Positions 36,626 through 46,688 of a DNA stretch of 64,000 bases are shown here, one piece after another. The DNA is from Candidatus Nomurabacteria bacterium. GTDB lineage: Bacteria > Patescibacteriota > Minisyncoccia > Phycocordibacterales > CALRBL01. Each line of letters opens with the position of its first letter. The first letter of the stretch is position 1. The DNA is taken from the NCBI GenBank assembly GCA_963834935.1, contig CAWIDS010000001.1, forward strand, positions 236,499 through 300,498. The letters are read 5' to 3'. The translations under genes were made by a program, and so were the position numbers. Below the pieces are notes generated by a model. The model was not told where the DNA came from. It saw nothing but the letters and a program-made list of their open reading frames with translations, and searched no databases.

Positions 36626-38425
36626 ATGAGTATTTTGCAGAACATAAACGGTGCAGAAATCTCCTCGTGGTCTGGAGTAAATGTGTCCTCTAATAATTAC
36701 CTCGACCAAGGTCATTGCCTGTTTCGTTTTGTTCATGACGGCTACTGTAATAGTGCCATGCTTAGCACTCCGATTTATCTCGATCTAGGAGGTGCCCTAG
36801 CCGCCTTTGGTCTGTTATTTGCCGTATACCAACTCCGTAATCCTAAATGGGATACTGCCCTCAAAATCCGTGATGCTTGGCAACGCCACCTATTCTGGAT
36901 ACTGGGAATCATAGGCTTAGCTCTTGTCCTCGCACGAGTGCTGATAACGCAGATACCTGTAGATTATCTCAGTTACCCATTCAATGTTCCTATACTATAT
37001 GAGCTTTTAGCATACGTCTTCTTCGTAGCATCGCCACTCTCTTTGATGTATTTCGGGCAACGATCGAAGCATCTCTTCAAAGAAAGAACAGCGAGAAAAT
37101 TCTACGAGGTACTCATAGCAGAAGTGTCTCGTTCTGACGAAAAATGGATTGATGCCGCCCTCGAAGTGCTCATGCGCAATTTCGACGATATCTGCAAATC
37201 GATTGCTGAAAATGAGCCGAGGACTGAGATAAGCGGATCAGCTCGAGCGATCATCGATGTTGTCTTGAGCGAAGAGTCGATAGTTAAAATTTTGACCACC
37301 AAACGGCTCGATGCGCTTCAGCGTATATTTTATACAATCAAGAAATATCACATTAATCGCAATCAATGCGACGTCGGTATACCAGCACTTGTCAGAAATT
37401 TGTTCCTCGACGAAACATCTTTCTTTTACAAGCATCTTAACCGAGACGGCTTGGCATTGTCATTGAATATCTACGAAAGCATTTTTGAGTCACCGATACT
37501 GCTCACCAATTTTAATCTATTCGGGTATCCGACCTTGGGATACTCGGCACGAAATAATAGTGGCATCGCTATGAAGGTATTTATTCAGGCCCTGTCAAAA
37601 TCTATTGCCACATATTTGAAAACAGGAAAAGGGTCGGTGCGCTATATAAATGATGGTCTCGAATACCTCAGTGACGCATTCGGGAATATATGCATGAAAA
37701 TCAGCACTGAGGAAGGTAGAGGTGTTGATACGAGATACAGTTTAGAGGATGAATGGTGGACGTTGCATGACATCGCACATTTCTTGGGTCATGACTACCC
37801 ATTCCTGGTCTACCAAGACACACTTAATCAAATTACTGTTGATACAGAAAAGACAGCGTCTGAAGCAGGATTTTATTCTGATCTAACAATCAACGCTGGT
37901 ATTGCCGCCGTCTTATATAAAGCATTTGAACAACTCGCATATCTTAGAAAGACGACCGACATATATCATACCGTTCTCCAGCTACTGAATGGTATGATGT
38001 ACCACGAAAATTATAAGGAAGGATACAGGAATCCGTTTGAAAAAAGACTGTGGGAACAGATTGCCAAAAACGTATCAAGCAAGCACTATCCAAATGTGCT
38101 CAGGATCTACCTTACATTTATGGGCTTTATGCTCACCTCTGACGATACCAATCAGAGACAAGGTTGGATTGGTGGACAGACGGAGAGAATGAGGAGATTA
38201 CTCTATGTTGATCTCAAGCCGCTTCTCGATAGGGGTGAAAAGATGGTCAATGATGAGCTAATGATCGATGTCCTGCTTCCAGAATGGATGAAGTACAAAG
38301 ATGGCAAATTCTCGTATACTAATGGCTTTGGCAGGGGTGATACGAAAGTGATTACCGAGCCACCTGCGGGATCAGCATCGGCTTTAGTAGGTGTTGATAT
38401 GGATAATCGCAGTTCATTGCTCTAG
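36626..38425 (+). CDS. Large membrane protein of unknown function, operonic with the CD-NTase and nucC genes
   Basis: 599 aa. Three or four N-terminal TM helices and a ~450-aa soluble domain with no recognisable motifs. Starts 10 nt after the nucC stop. Confidence 0.5.
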   Translation: MSILQNINGAEISSWSGVNVSSNNYLDQGHCLFRFVHDGYCNSAMLSTPIYLDLGGALAAFGLLFAVYQLRNPKWDTALKIRDAWQRHLFWILGIIGLALVLARVLITQIPVDYLSYPFNVPILYELLAYVFFVASPLSLMYFGQRSKHLFKERTARKFYEVLIAEVSRSDEKWIDAALEVLMRNFDDICKSIAENEPRTEISGSARAIIDVVLSEESIVKILTTKRLDALQRIFYTIKKYHINRNQCDVGIPALVRNLFLDETSFFYKHLNRDGLALSLNIYESIFESPILLTNFNLFGYPTLGYSARNNSGIAMKVFIQALSKSIATYLKTGKGSVRYINDGLEYLSDAFGNICMKISTEEGRGVDTRYSLEDEWWTLHDIAHFLGHDYPFLVYQDTLNQITVDTEKTASEAGFYSDLTINAGIAAVLYKAFEQLAYLRKTTDIYHTVLQLLNGMMYHENYKEGYRNPFEKRLWEQIAKNVSSKHYPNVLRIYLTFMGFMLTSDDTNQRQGWIGGQTERMRRLLYVDLKPLLDRGEKMVNDELMIDVLLPEWMKYKDGKFSYTNGFGRGDTKVITEPPAGSASALVGVDMDNRSSLL

Positions 38426-39756
38426 GTAGTTTGTATCTGCACGACCTTGTTATTCACCACCACCTTGCTCTTGAGGCACGACAGTAGCTCTCGCTTCTCC
38501 CAGACACCGCCCTCACGCAGGATATACTTGGCATAGTTTCGTATATCGATGTCAGTGGTCTTGATAGCAGTCGGTTTTTCCCCAAGAAGTGATGACTGGA
38601 ATTTCTTGTGTCGCTCGATCTCGCTCTTGACCCGCTCTTTCATGCCGATCTCATCGAGGTCGATCTTGTCCATGAGTGTCGCCAGTTGTTCGATGAGGTC
38701 TTCTTCATTGATCCAGCCAGAGGTGCACTTCGGATCATTATGTCTGGTACATCCGTAGTAGACATATCGGTGGACATTGCCGTTCTTTTGCTTCTTGTAT
38801 TTCTCGTCAGCGGTGATGCCTGATCCGCATAGTCCGCAGGACATGAGCTTGGTGAAGGCGAACTCCTTATGATCGCCCCGGTCAGCATAGTCGATCATAT
38901 TCTCCTGCACTTTGTCGAAGAGCTCTTTGGTGATGAGGGGCGTATGCTTGCCCTGATACCACTGTCCACCGCCTTTCGGATACTCGAATGCGCCATAGTA
39001 GAAAGTATTGCGGAGTGTAAGGTAGACATTGCTCAAGGAAAATATCTTGCCGTTTCTGGTTTTGAATTTTATATCGTTCTTGAGCCATGCGTGAATCTTT
39101 CTACCACTCCATTTCTCATATCCTGCTTTTTCGAATACCTTTTTAACAATTGGCGCTCTATGGGGATCAACCTCGACATGACACCGCTTGTCCACATTCT
39201 TGCTATTAAGATAGCCAGTCGGTGCCGTGCATGGCCATAGTCCCATCTCGCATCGAGCTCGGAGTCCGCGCTTGACGTTAACCACCTTGTTGTCATTCTC
39301 GAGCTTGGCCTGTGATCCTAGAATCATCAGCATGAACTTGTCATTCGGCGTGTTCATGAATTTCTGGCCATAGGTGCGTATCTCGATGAGCTTCTTTTGA
39401 TCCATAAGGTCGACGATCCTTCCAAGGTCGCCGGCGTTTCGGCTGATACGATCCGGTGCCCATGTGAGGATGCCATTAAATTTACCACTTTTTATTTCAT
39501 CGACTATTTCATTGAATACTTGTCGTTGTCCCGCCTCCTTGGCCGAGTGCGACTCCTTCTTTATCTCTACAATCTCAAGGCACTCTTTTTCGGCCATGGC
39601 GATCATCTCCTTGATCTGCGAGTCGATGGACAAGACTTGTTTGTCCTCGGCCTCAGTTGATTTTCTCGCGTAAAGGCAGTACTTCATCGGTATCGCCTTT
39701 ATCTCCGGCTTTACAAAGGCGCCGGTAAACCCTTTTGTTGCTTGTATTTGTTGCAT
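38422..39756 (-). CDS. Large serine recombinase/integrase
   Basis: N-terminal resolvase domain YARKSTEAEDKQVLSIDSQ with the catalytic Ser, a recombinase domain and a C-terminal zinc ribbon (CGLCG...C..C). Confidence 0.85.
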   Translation of the reverse strand: MQQIQATKGFTGAFVKPEIKAIPMKYCLYARKSTEAEDKQVLSIDSQIKEMIAMAEKECLEIVEIKKESHSAKEAGQRQVFNEIVDEIKSGKFNGILTWAPDRISRNAGDLGRIVDLMDQKKLIEIRTYGQKFMNTPNDKFMLMILGSQAKLENDNKVVNVKRGLRARCEMGLWPCTAPTGYLNSKNVDKRCHVEVDPHRAPIVKKVFEKAGYEKWSGRKIHAWLKNDIKFKTRNGKIFSLSNVYLTLRNTFYYGAFEYPKGGGQWYQGKHTPLITKELFDKVQENMIDYADRGDHKEFAFTKLMSCGLCGSGITADEKYKKQKNGNVHRYVYYGCTRHNDPKCTSGWINEEDLIEQLATLMDKIDLDEIGMKERVKSEIERHKKFQSSLLGEKPTAIKTTDIDIRNYAKYILREGGVWEKRELLSCLKSKVVVNNKVVQIQTT

Positions 39757-39759
39757 ATT

Positions 39760-39783
39760 GGTATACCTGTTAGCTGGTATACC
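39760..39783. repeat. Two palindromic GGTATACC octamers 8 bp apart, immediately upstream of the recombinase start; candidate att core or operator
   Basis: GGTATACC-TGTTAGCT-GGTATACC. Confidence 0.3.
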
Positions 39784-39891
39784 TCAAGGGATGACGCAAC
39801 CCCGCCGAGGAGTCTAGGAGGCCTGAAGTTGGTAAAGTGTCGGTAACTAAATACTCAAAAAAGCTTCTAAAATATAGGAAAAAATGCTAGA

Positions 39892-41481
39892 GTGTCACTA
39901 ATAATGACAGTCAATAATCGCAAACAACTACACGAGAGACTATGGGCGGCGGCAGAGCAGTTGCGCGCCAACAGCTCGCTCAAACTCAATGAAATATCAG
40001 AGCCAATTTTAGGTTTGATTTTTCTTAAATTTGCCGATGTAAAATTCCGTAGAGCCAAAGCTGAAATCGAGAAAGAACGCGAAAAACTGACTGGCAGGAA
40101 GCCACCGATTACTCCCGATAATTATAAACAGCGAGGTGTACCATTTATTCCAGATGAAGCTGGCTATGCGCATCTCATGGATCTGCCTGAAGGTGAAAAT
40201 ATCGGCAAAGCAATCAATGACGCCATGAAGTCTATTGAACAAGAAAATCGCGAGCTGGCGGGCATTCTTCCGCAAGACTTTACCACTCTTTCATCACGTC
40301 CGGCAGAAAATAGTAGGATACTTCTTACACTTCTCAAAAACTTCAATCAAATTCCCGACGATATCGAGGGTGACGCTTTCGGCGAGATTTATGAATATTT
40401 TCTAGGTGAGTTTGCTCGCGCTGAAGGCCAAAAGGGCGGAGAATTCTTTACTCCGCAATCCATAGTCAAGCTTCTAGTGGAAATCATAGAGCCGTATCAC
40501 GGCAAGATTTTTGATCCGGCTTGCGGTTCGGGCGGCATGTTTGTGCAGTCGGCAAACTTTGTGGCGCGTCATCAAAAGAACAAGCGTCCGATCATGGAAG
40601 AAGTTGGTATTTATGGCCAAGAAAAAGGCGCCAACAATATGCGCGTGGCCAAAATGAACCTCGCCATTCATGGAATCTCTGGCAAAATCGAGCTTGCCAA
40701 TTCATTTTATGAAGATCCGCACAAAAGTATCGGCCAATTCGACTTCGTGCTCGCCAATCCGCCATTCAATGTAAAAGGCAAAGATAAGAACGGGCAAATC
40801 GTCATTGATCCGGCACGTCTCCAAGGCGATGCCCGCTATAACTACGGCCTCCCGCTTACCGGAAAGGGCGAAATCTCCAACGCCAACTATCTCTGGATGC
40901 AAATGTTTGCAAGCGCCTTGAACGACAAAGGCCGTGCCGGTTTTGTTATGGCCAATTCCGCGAGCGACGCTGGCAACGCCGAAAAAGTAATTCGCAGAAA
41001 AATGATTGATGCCGGAATGGTGGATGTGATTGTTTCGGTGGGAACAAATATGTTTATGAACGCCACGCTTTCTTGCACACTTTGGTTTTTTGATAAGCGG
41101 AAAAAAGGCACGGATAGGCAAAACGAAGTTTTGTTTATTAACGCGCAAGATATTTTCACGCCGATTGATCGCGCCCATAGCGAATGGACACCAGAGCAAA
41201 TCCAAGAAATAGCCGACATCGTATGCCGTTATCGGGGAGAAAAGGGCGAAGACGCATACAATGACATAAAAGGCCGATGCAAAGTGGCAACGCTTGAGGA
41301 AGTCCGTGCCAATGACTACTCGCTCAATCCGGGGCGCTATGTGGAGATTGTAGAAAAAGAAATGAGCGACGTGGACTTTGACGCGCGAATGAAAGAACTG
41401 ATGGGCGAGTTTACGGATTTGACCAGCGAAGCGCACAAGCTGGAAAAGAAAATCCAAGAGGATTGGAAAAAGATTTTATGA
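39892..41481 (+). CDS. hsdM: Type I restriction-modification N6-adenine methyltransferase subunit HsdM
   Basis: Motif I DPACGSGGMF and motif IV LANPPFN. N-terminal HsdM_N region. GTG or ATG(39904) start. Confidence 0.9.
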   Translation: MSLIMTVNNRKQLHERLWAAAEQLRANSSLKLNEISEPILGLIFLKFADVKFRRAKAEIEKEREKLTGRKPPITPDNYKQRGVPFIPDEAGYAHLMDLPEGENIGKAINDAMKSIEQENRELAGILPQDFTTLSSRPAENSRILLTLLKNFNQIPDDIEGDAFGEIYEYFLGEFARAEGQKGGEFFTPQSIVKLLVEIIEPYHGKIFDPACGSGGMFVQSANFVARHQKNKRPIMEEVGIYGQEKGANNMRVAKMNLAIHGISGKIELANSFYEDPHKSIGQFDFVLANPPFNVKGKDKNGQIVIDPARLQGDARYNYGLPLTGKGEISNANYLWMQMFASALNDKGRAGFVMANSASDAGNAEKVIRRKMIDAGMVDVIVSVGTNMFMNATLSCTLWFFDKRKKGTDRQNEVLFINAQDIFTPIDRAHSEWTPEQIQEIADIVCRYRGEKGEDAYNDIKGRCKVATLEEVRANDYSLNPGRYVEIVEKEMSDVDFDARMKELMGEFTDLTSEAHKLEKKIQEDWKKIL

Positions 41482-42635
41482 GCACTTGGACTAAGCAAAA
41501 ATTATCGGATATTTGCGACGTTAGGGACGGAACGCATGATTCACCTAAGCCTGCTACAAGTGGTTTTCCTTTGGTGACTTCAAAACATATAATAAATAAC
41601 AAAATTGATTTTTCGAGTGCATACTTGATAACGAATGAGGATTTTGATGCTGTAAATAAAAGAAGCAAAGTAAGCAAGTTCGATATTCTGATTAGTATGA
41701 TTGGTACTGTTGGTGAAATTGCTCTTGTAAAAGAGGAGCCTAGATTTGCTATAAAAAATGTTGGTCTAATAAAAACAAATAATGAAACACTGGGTAAATA
41801 TTTATTTTATTATCTAATTTCACCAACCGGTAAAAATATACTCAGTTCATTTCTTACAGGTTCAACACAAAAATTTATTAGCCTTAGTAAACTTAGAGAT
41901 TTTCCAATAACACTACCACCGGAAGAAAATCAAAATAAGATCACTTCTGTCCTCTCCGCCTACGATGACTTGATAGAAAACAATGAAAAGCGCATCAAGA
42001 TACTGGAAGAAATGGCACAACTTCTTTATACCGAATGGTTTGTAAAGTTCAAATTTCCCGGCTATGAAAAAGTAAAGGTGGTCCATAGTGGCACTGAATA
42101 CGGCAAGATTCCGACGGGGTGGGAGGTGAGAAATGTTGAAAGCTTAATCAAACGGATTCCGGTTGGTAAAAAATATGAAAATAAAAGTGTCCTTGAGATA
42201 GGCAGAGTCCCCGTACTTGATCAAGGGAAATCAGGCTTTATTGGTTATCACAATGACGAGCCTGGTGTAAAAGCTTCAATTGAAAACCCAGTGATTGTTT
42301 TTGCAAATCATACCTGCTATCAAAATATCATCGTCTATCCATTTTCGGCGATACAAAATGTTCTACCGTTTGTTCCAAATGATGAACGAGATATTTTTTG
42401 GTTGCACTGGTCTACGAAAGACCTAATTAAATTTAACGACTACAAAGGTCACTGGCCGGAATATATGTCAAAGAAACTCATTGTGCCGTCTGTTGATTTA
42501 ACAAAAAAATTCGGCAGTATTGTCGGTAAATATGTTGCGATGAAATATAAAATGGAAACAGAAAATAAAAACTTATCCCAAATCCGCGATCTTTTAATTC
42601 CCCAGCTGGTGAATGGGAAAAGGGATTTAAAATAA
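41463..42635 (+). CDS. hsdS: Type I R-M specificity subunit HsdS
   Basis: 390 aa. Two AT-rich target-recognition domains separated by conserved coiled-coil repeats (ITSVLSAYDDLIENNEKRIKILEEMAQLLYTEWF). Confidence 0.85.
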   Translation: MEKDFMSTWTKQKLSDICDVRDGTHDSPKPATSGFPLVTSKHIINNKIDFSSAYLITNEDFDAVNKRSKVSKFDILISMIGTVGEIALVKEEPRFAIKNVGLIKTNNETLGKYLFYYLISPTGKNILSSFLTGSTQKFISLSKLRDFPITLPPEENQNKITSVLSAYDDLIENNEKRIKILEEMAQLLYTEWFVKFKFPGYEKVKVVHSGTEYGKIPTGWEVRNVESLIKRIPVGKKYENKSVLEIGRVPVLDQGKSGFIGYHNDEPGVKASIENPVIVFANHTCYQNIIVYPFSAIQNVLPFVPNDERDIFWLHWSTKDLIKFNDYKGHWPEYMSKKLIVPSVDLTKKFGSIVGKYVAMKYKMETENKNLSQIRDLLIPQLVNGKRDLK

Positions 42636-42639
42636 TTTT

Positions 42640-43470
42640 ATGATAGCTCCAAATAGATTTTCGAGAAAGGATAAAGAATATTGCGGAATTAGGACTCACA
42701 GTAGATATGTCGGAAATATTTATTTATTATTGAACTCTGAAAAGTTGACATTCAATTTGGAACTAGAAAAAGATAATCATCTTGGATTTAAGGATGAAAT
42801 AAATAAAAAAATAATCAAGAAATTAGGAATTGTTCAGTATACAGTAGAATCTATACAGAAAGAATACGAATATTCAAAAACAGATGAAGAATTTTTACCA
42901 TTAGCACTATCTTGGATATGGATAAAGGGTTATTATGCCATCTTCCATCTCTTGTCTCTTTTGGTTGCGATTGAAAAATCTGATGAAAAATATATCTTTG
43001 ACAAGAAATTTAATCTACACCAAAAAATAAATAATAATGCGAATGAATTTTTATCAAGAAAACCATTCAATCTAGATGAAATTAACGAAGTATTTTGTGG
43101 AACTGATTTAGAAAAGTTTGTCACAAAAGACTATGAGAATTTAAAGACATTGAGTGAGTTTGATCAAAATCTTTACAAATTATCAATAAAGAAAGTATTT
43201 AAAGATAATAGGAAAAAGAACGGCGTAAAAGAGGCAAGGCAGAAACAATACTCAATATTTAATGTTTGTTTAAATTATAGGGAAATGTTTAATTATTCTG
43301 GGTTTCATTATATTGAAACGGAAGCTGAACAAAATCAGGAAGAAATAAAAAAACTTTATTTTGCTTCGCACTATGTAATTTTAGCTCTTGTTAATGCTAT
43401 AGCCGAATTTTTATCCAAAAAGACAGATGGGGCATTACATGATAAATTAGTAGAAATAACCAATTTATGA
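42640..43470 (+). CDS. Hypothetical protein embedded between hsdS and hsdR (AT-rich)
   Basis: 276 aa with no motifs. Coupled to hsdR by a 4-nt ATGA overlap. Confidence 0.5.
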   Translation: MIAPNRFSRKDKEYCGIRTHSRYVGNIYLLLNSEKLTFNLELEKDNHLGFKDEINKKIIKKLGIVQYTVESIQKEYEYSKTDEEFLPLALSWIWIKGYYAIFHLLSLLVAIEKSDEKYIFDKKFNLHQKINNNANEFLSRKPFNLDEINEVFCGTDLEKFVTKDYENLKTLSEFDQNLYKLSIKKVFKDNRKKNGVKEARQKQYSIFNVCLNYREMFNYSGFHYIETEAEQNQEEIKKLYFASHYVILALVNAIAEFLSKKTDGALHDKLVEITNL

Positions 43471-46400
43471 ACCCGTTCTCCGAAGACAACCTAGTCGAGC
43501 AAACGGTCATCAAGCTCATAAAAGAAGCATGGGCTGATTCTGCTTGCCACATAAATACTTATACCGATGAAGAAGATGCCAAACTGGGGCGAGAACATCG
43601 TGGTGAAGTGGTGCTGAAGAAATACCTTTTGCCAGCTTTGGAAAAATTGAATCCTGACTTGCCAAAAGAATCATTGGATCAAGCCGTTGAGCAAATTACC
43701 CGCGATAGGTCGCAAATGTCCTTGGTGAACGCTAACAAGGAGATTTATCAGCTCTTGCGTGACGGCGCCAGCGTGCAAGTAATGAACAAAGACGGGGAAT
43801 ACGAAACAGAAACCGCCCGCTTCTTTGACTTTACAAATCCTTCAAATAATTCTTTTTTATGCGTATCACAACTTTGGGTAGTCGGCGAAATGCATACAAA
43901 ACGACCGGATGTAGTACTTTTTGTAAATGGAATTCCACTTGTCCTTCTTGAACTAAAAGCATCGCATAAAAGCTTGGTAGATGCTCATCGAGACAATTTA
44001 CGCGATTATAAAGATACCATACCAAAACTACTTTGGTATAACCTCGGCATCATCATCAGCAATGGCATTGAAAATAAATTCGGTTCAATAACCTCGCCAT
44101 ACGAATTTTTTAATGAATGGAAAAAGGTTGAAAGCGAAGATGATAAACCAAAGACCGATATCGCTACTATTATTCGAGGCGTCTGTGATAAGGGACGGAT
44201 GATGGATATTTTTGAAAACTTTATTCTCTATGACGAATCCGGTCCAGGCGAAATCAAGAAAATCGTTCCGCGCTATTTTCAATACTACGGAGTCAATCGA
44301 GCCTTTCAAAAAGTAATCAACCGCAAGACAAATGAAGGAAAGCTCGGCGTTTTTTGGCATACACAAGGCTCAGGCAAATCGTATTCAATGGTTTACCTAT
44401 CGCAAAAAGTATTACGCAAACTGCAAGGTAATTTTACTTTTGTCATAGTAACCGACCGAAGCGACCTAGATCGACAGGCGTATGATAACTTTGCCAATGT
44501 TGGTGCTGTGTATGAAGCAGAAGTTCGGGCTAATTCAATTGTTCATTTGAAAGAATTATTGCGAGCGGATCATCGCCAAATTTTTACCACCATTCAAAAA
44601 TTCCAGGATATTCCCGATGCTATTTCAGAGCGCGATGATATTATCGTCATGACCGACGAGGCGCATCGCACTCAATATGACCGGATGGCGCAAAATATGC
44701 GTCGAGCATTGCCAAAAGCGGCATTCATTGGCTTTACCGGAACCCCGCTTATGGCTAAAGGCGAGGAAAAGACACGCGAAACATTCGGTAATTATGTGTC
44801 CCAGTATAACTTCGGTGATTCGGTGCGAGATGGTGCGACCGTGCCTTTGTATTATGAAAATCGTGTGCCGAGATTGGAGAATGTAAATAAGCAGTTGGAA
44901 CAAGAAATCGGCAAAGTCATGGACTTTTATGAGTTGAATGACGAGGAAGAGGAAAAACTAGAATCTGAATTTTCTACTTTCTATAACTTGGTGACTCGCG
45001 AAGATCGCCTCAATGCCATTGCGCGGGATATTGTTGAGCATTTTGTCGGTCGTGGATATAACGGCAAGGCAATGGTGGTTTCGATTGATAAAAAGACGGC
45101 AGTGAGAATGTACACAAAAGTGCGTGCCGAATGGGAGCGATATTTGGGGAAATTGCGAATGGATTTATCACGCACAACCGATGAATATGAGAGGGAAAAG
45201 ATTGAAGAAAAACTCACACGACATGAATACGTAGAGATGGCAGTAATGGTTAGTCAAAGCCAAAATGAGATAGCGGACTTGGAACCATTTGAGATAAATA
45301 TGCGGCCAATTCGCGAACACATTATACACGGCAATTTGGAAAAAGAATTTAAGAAAGCAGAAAGTAATCTACGCATTGTATTTGTCTGTGCCATGTGGAT
45401 GACCGGCTTTGATGTGCCTAATCTGTCAACACTATATCTCGATAAGCCGCTTAAAAATCACACTCTGATGCAAGCGATCGCGCGCGTCAATCGTGTTTCG
45501 CCCGGCAAGAATAACGGATTAATCGTCGACTATATCGGCGTATTTAGGAATATCGAAAAGGCTCTTGCAATTTACGCTTCTACCGAAGGTGGAGATGATG
45601 AAATTATCCGAAGCAAAGACGAGCTCGTGGATGAGTTGAGAGAAGCGCTTAAACTTGGTAAAAAATTCCTGCAAGAAGAGCATGTCGATCTGGCAAAAAT
45701 CGTTTCCGCTCTGGCCGAAGAAAAACTGCTTTTGCTTGAATACGCGGCCAATGCGATTGTGTCGGATGTGGCAAAGAAAAAGAAGTTTCTGAACCTTGCC
45801 TCGGATATACAGAATACATATTACGCAGTCTTGCCCGACCCATCGGCGGATGATTTTTATACTGAAGTGACGGCCATCCGTGTCATTGCTTCGCGCGTGC
45901 GCGATGTCGGTTCCGCAAGCATAGATGTGTCGCAAGTTAAGAAAGATATGGAAGACTTGCTAGATCGCTCAATACAAGCCGGCGAGTATGTCATTCCGCA
46001 ACACAAGCGACTGCGAGATTTGAGTATGCTTGATACGGATGCTTTACATGATTTTTTTGTAAAGTTGGACAACAAGAATTTGCAAGCAGAAAGTTTGAGC
46101 GCAGAGTTGAAAGGAAAAATCGAGGAAATGGTTAGGCGTAATCGAAAGCGAGCAAGGTTTATGGAACGGTTGGATTCCTTGCTCAAAGAATACAATTCCG
46201 GCGCGCATGATATAGATAAACTTTTGAATGATCTTGTGGCATTGGCAAAAGATCTTAATGAAGAGGAACAGCGCGCGGTAAAAGAGGGTTTGACCGAAGA
46301 CGAATTGGCAATTTTTGATCTGTTGCGCAAAGAAAACTTGAATCCAGATGAAACAGCCAAAGTGCGTTTGGTCGCAAAAGAACTATTGGAAAAGTTAAAA

Positions 46401-46592
46401 GATAAACTTGTGCTCGGCTGGCGAGATTTTGAGCCGTTACGTTCGGGTGTGAAAATTACGATATCAGATGTCTTGTTTCCAAAGCTGCCTGAATCGGTTT
46501 ATACAGAGAATGATTGTGAGAAAAAAGGATTGGAAGTTTATAATTTTGTGTATGAGAATTATCCGAATGCTAAATCGTTTTCGCATAATTAA
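43467..46592 (+). CDS. hsdR: Type I restriction enzyme R subunit HsdR (SF2 helicase plus nuclease)
   Basis: 1041 aa. N-terminal nuclease region (VLFVNGIPLVLLELK), Walker A TQGSGKS, DEAH box MTDEAHRTQY, motif VI QAIARVNR. Confidence 0.9.
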   Translation: MNPFSEDNLVEQTVIKLIKEAWADSACHINTYTDEEDAKLGREHRGEVVLKKYLLPALEKLNPDLPKESLDQAVEQITRDRSQMSLVNANKEIYQLLRDGASVQVMNKDGEYETETARFFDFTNPSNNSFLCVSQLWVVGEMHTKRPDVVLFVNGIPLVLLELKASHKSLVDAHRDNLRDYKDTIPKLLWYNLGIIISNGIENKFGSITSPYEFFNEWKKVESEDDKPKTDIATIIRGVCDKGRMMDIFENFILYDESGPGEIKKIVPRYFQYYGVNRAFQKVINRKTNEGKLGVFWHTQGSGKSYSMVYLSQKVLRKLQGNFTFVIVTDRSDLDRQAYDNFANVGAVYEAEVRANSIVHLKELLRADHRQIFTTIQKFQDIPDAISERDDIIVMTDEAHRTQYDRMAQNMRRALPKAAFIGFTGTPLMAKGEEKTRETFGNYVSQYNFGDSVRDGATVPLYYENRVPRLENVNKQLEQEIGKVMDFYELNDEEEEKLESEFSTFYNLVTREDRLNAIARDIVEHFVGRGYNGKAMVVSIDKKTAVRMYTKVRAEWERYLGKLRMDLSRTTDEYEREKIEEKLTRHEYVEMAVMVSQSQNEIADLEPFEINMRPIREHIIHGNLEKEFKKAESNLRIVFVCAMWMTGFDVPNLSTLYLDKPLKNHTLMQAIARVNRVSPGKNNGLIVDYIGVFRNIEKALAIYASTEGGDDEIIRSKDELVDELREALKLGKKFLQEEHVDLAKIVSALAEEKLLLLEYAANAIVSDVAKKKKFLNLASDIQNTYYAVLPDPSADDFYTEVTAIRVIASRVRDVGSASIDVSQVKKDMEDLLDRSIQAGEYVIPQHKRLRDLSMLDTDALHDFFVKLDNKNLQAESLSAELKGKIEEMVRRNRKRARFMERLDSLLKEYNSGAHDIDKLLNDLVALAKDLNEEEQRAVKEGLTEDELAIFDLLRKENLNPDETAKVRLVAKELLEKLKDKLVLGWRDFEPLRSGVKITISDVLFPKLPESVYTENDCEKKGLEVYNFVYENYPNAKSFSHN

Positions 46593-46688
46593 ACATTATG
46601 GACTCCTCCGAAATCCTAGAACTTATCAAAGATAGCGTAAGGTTGTGAGACTTTCTATACCGGTATCTTTATGCGTTAAAATAGTGAT

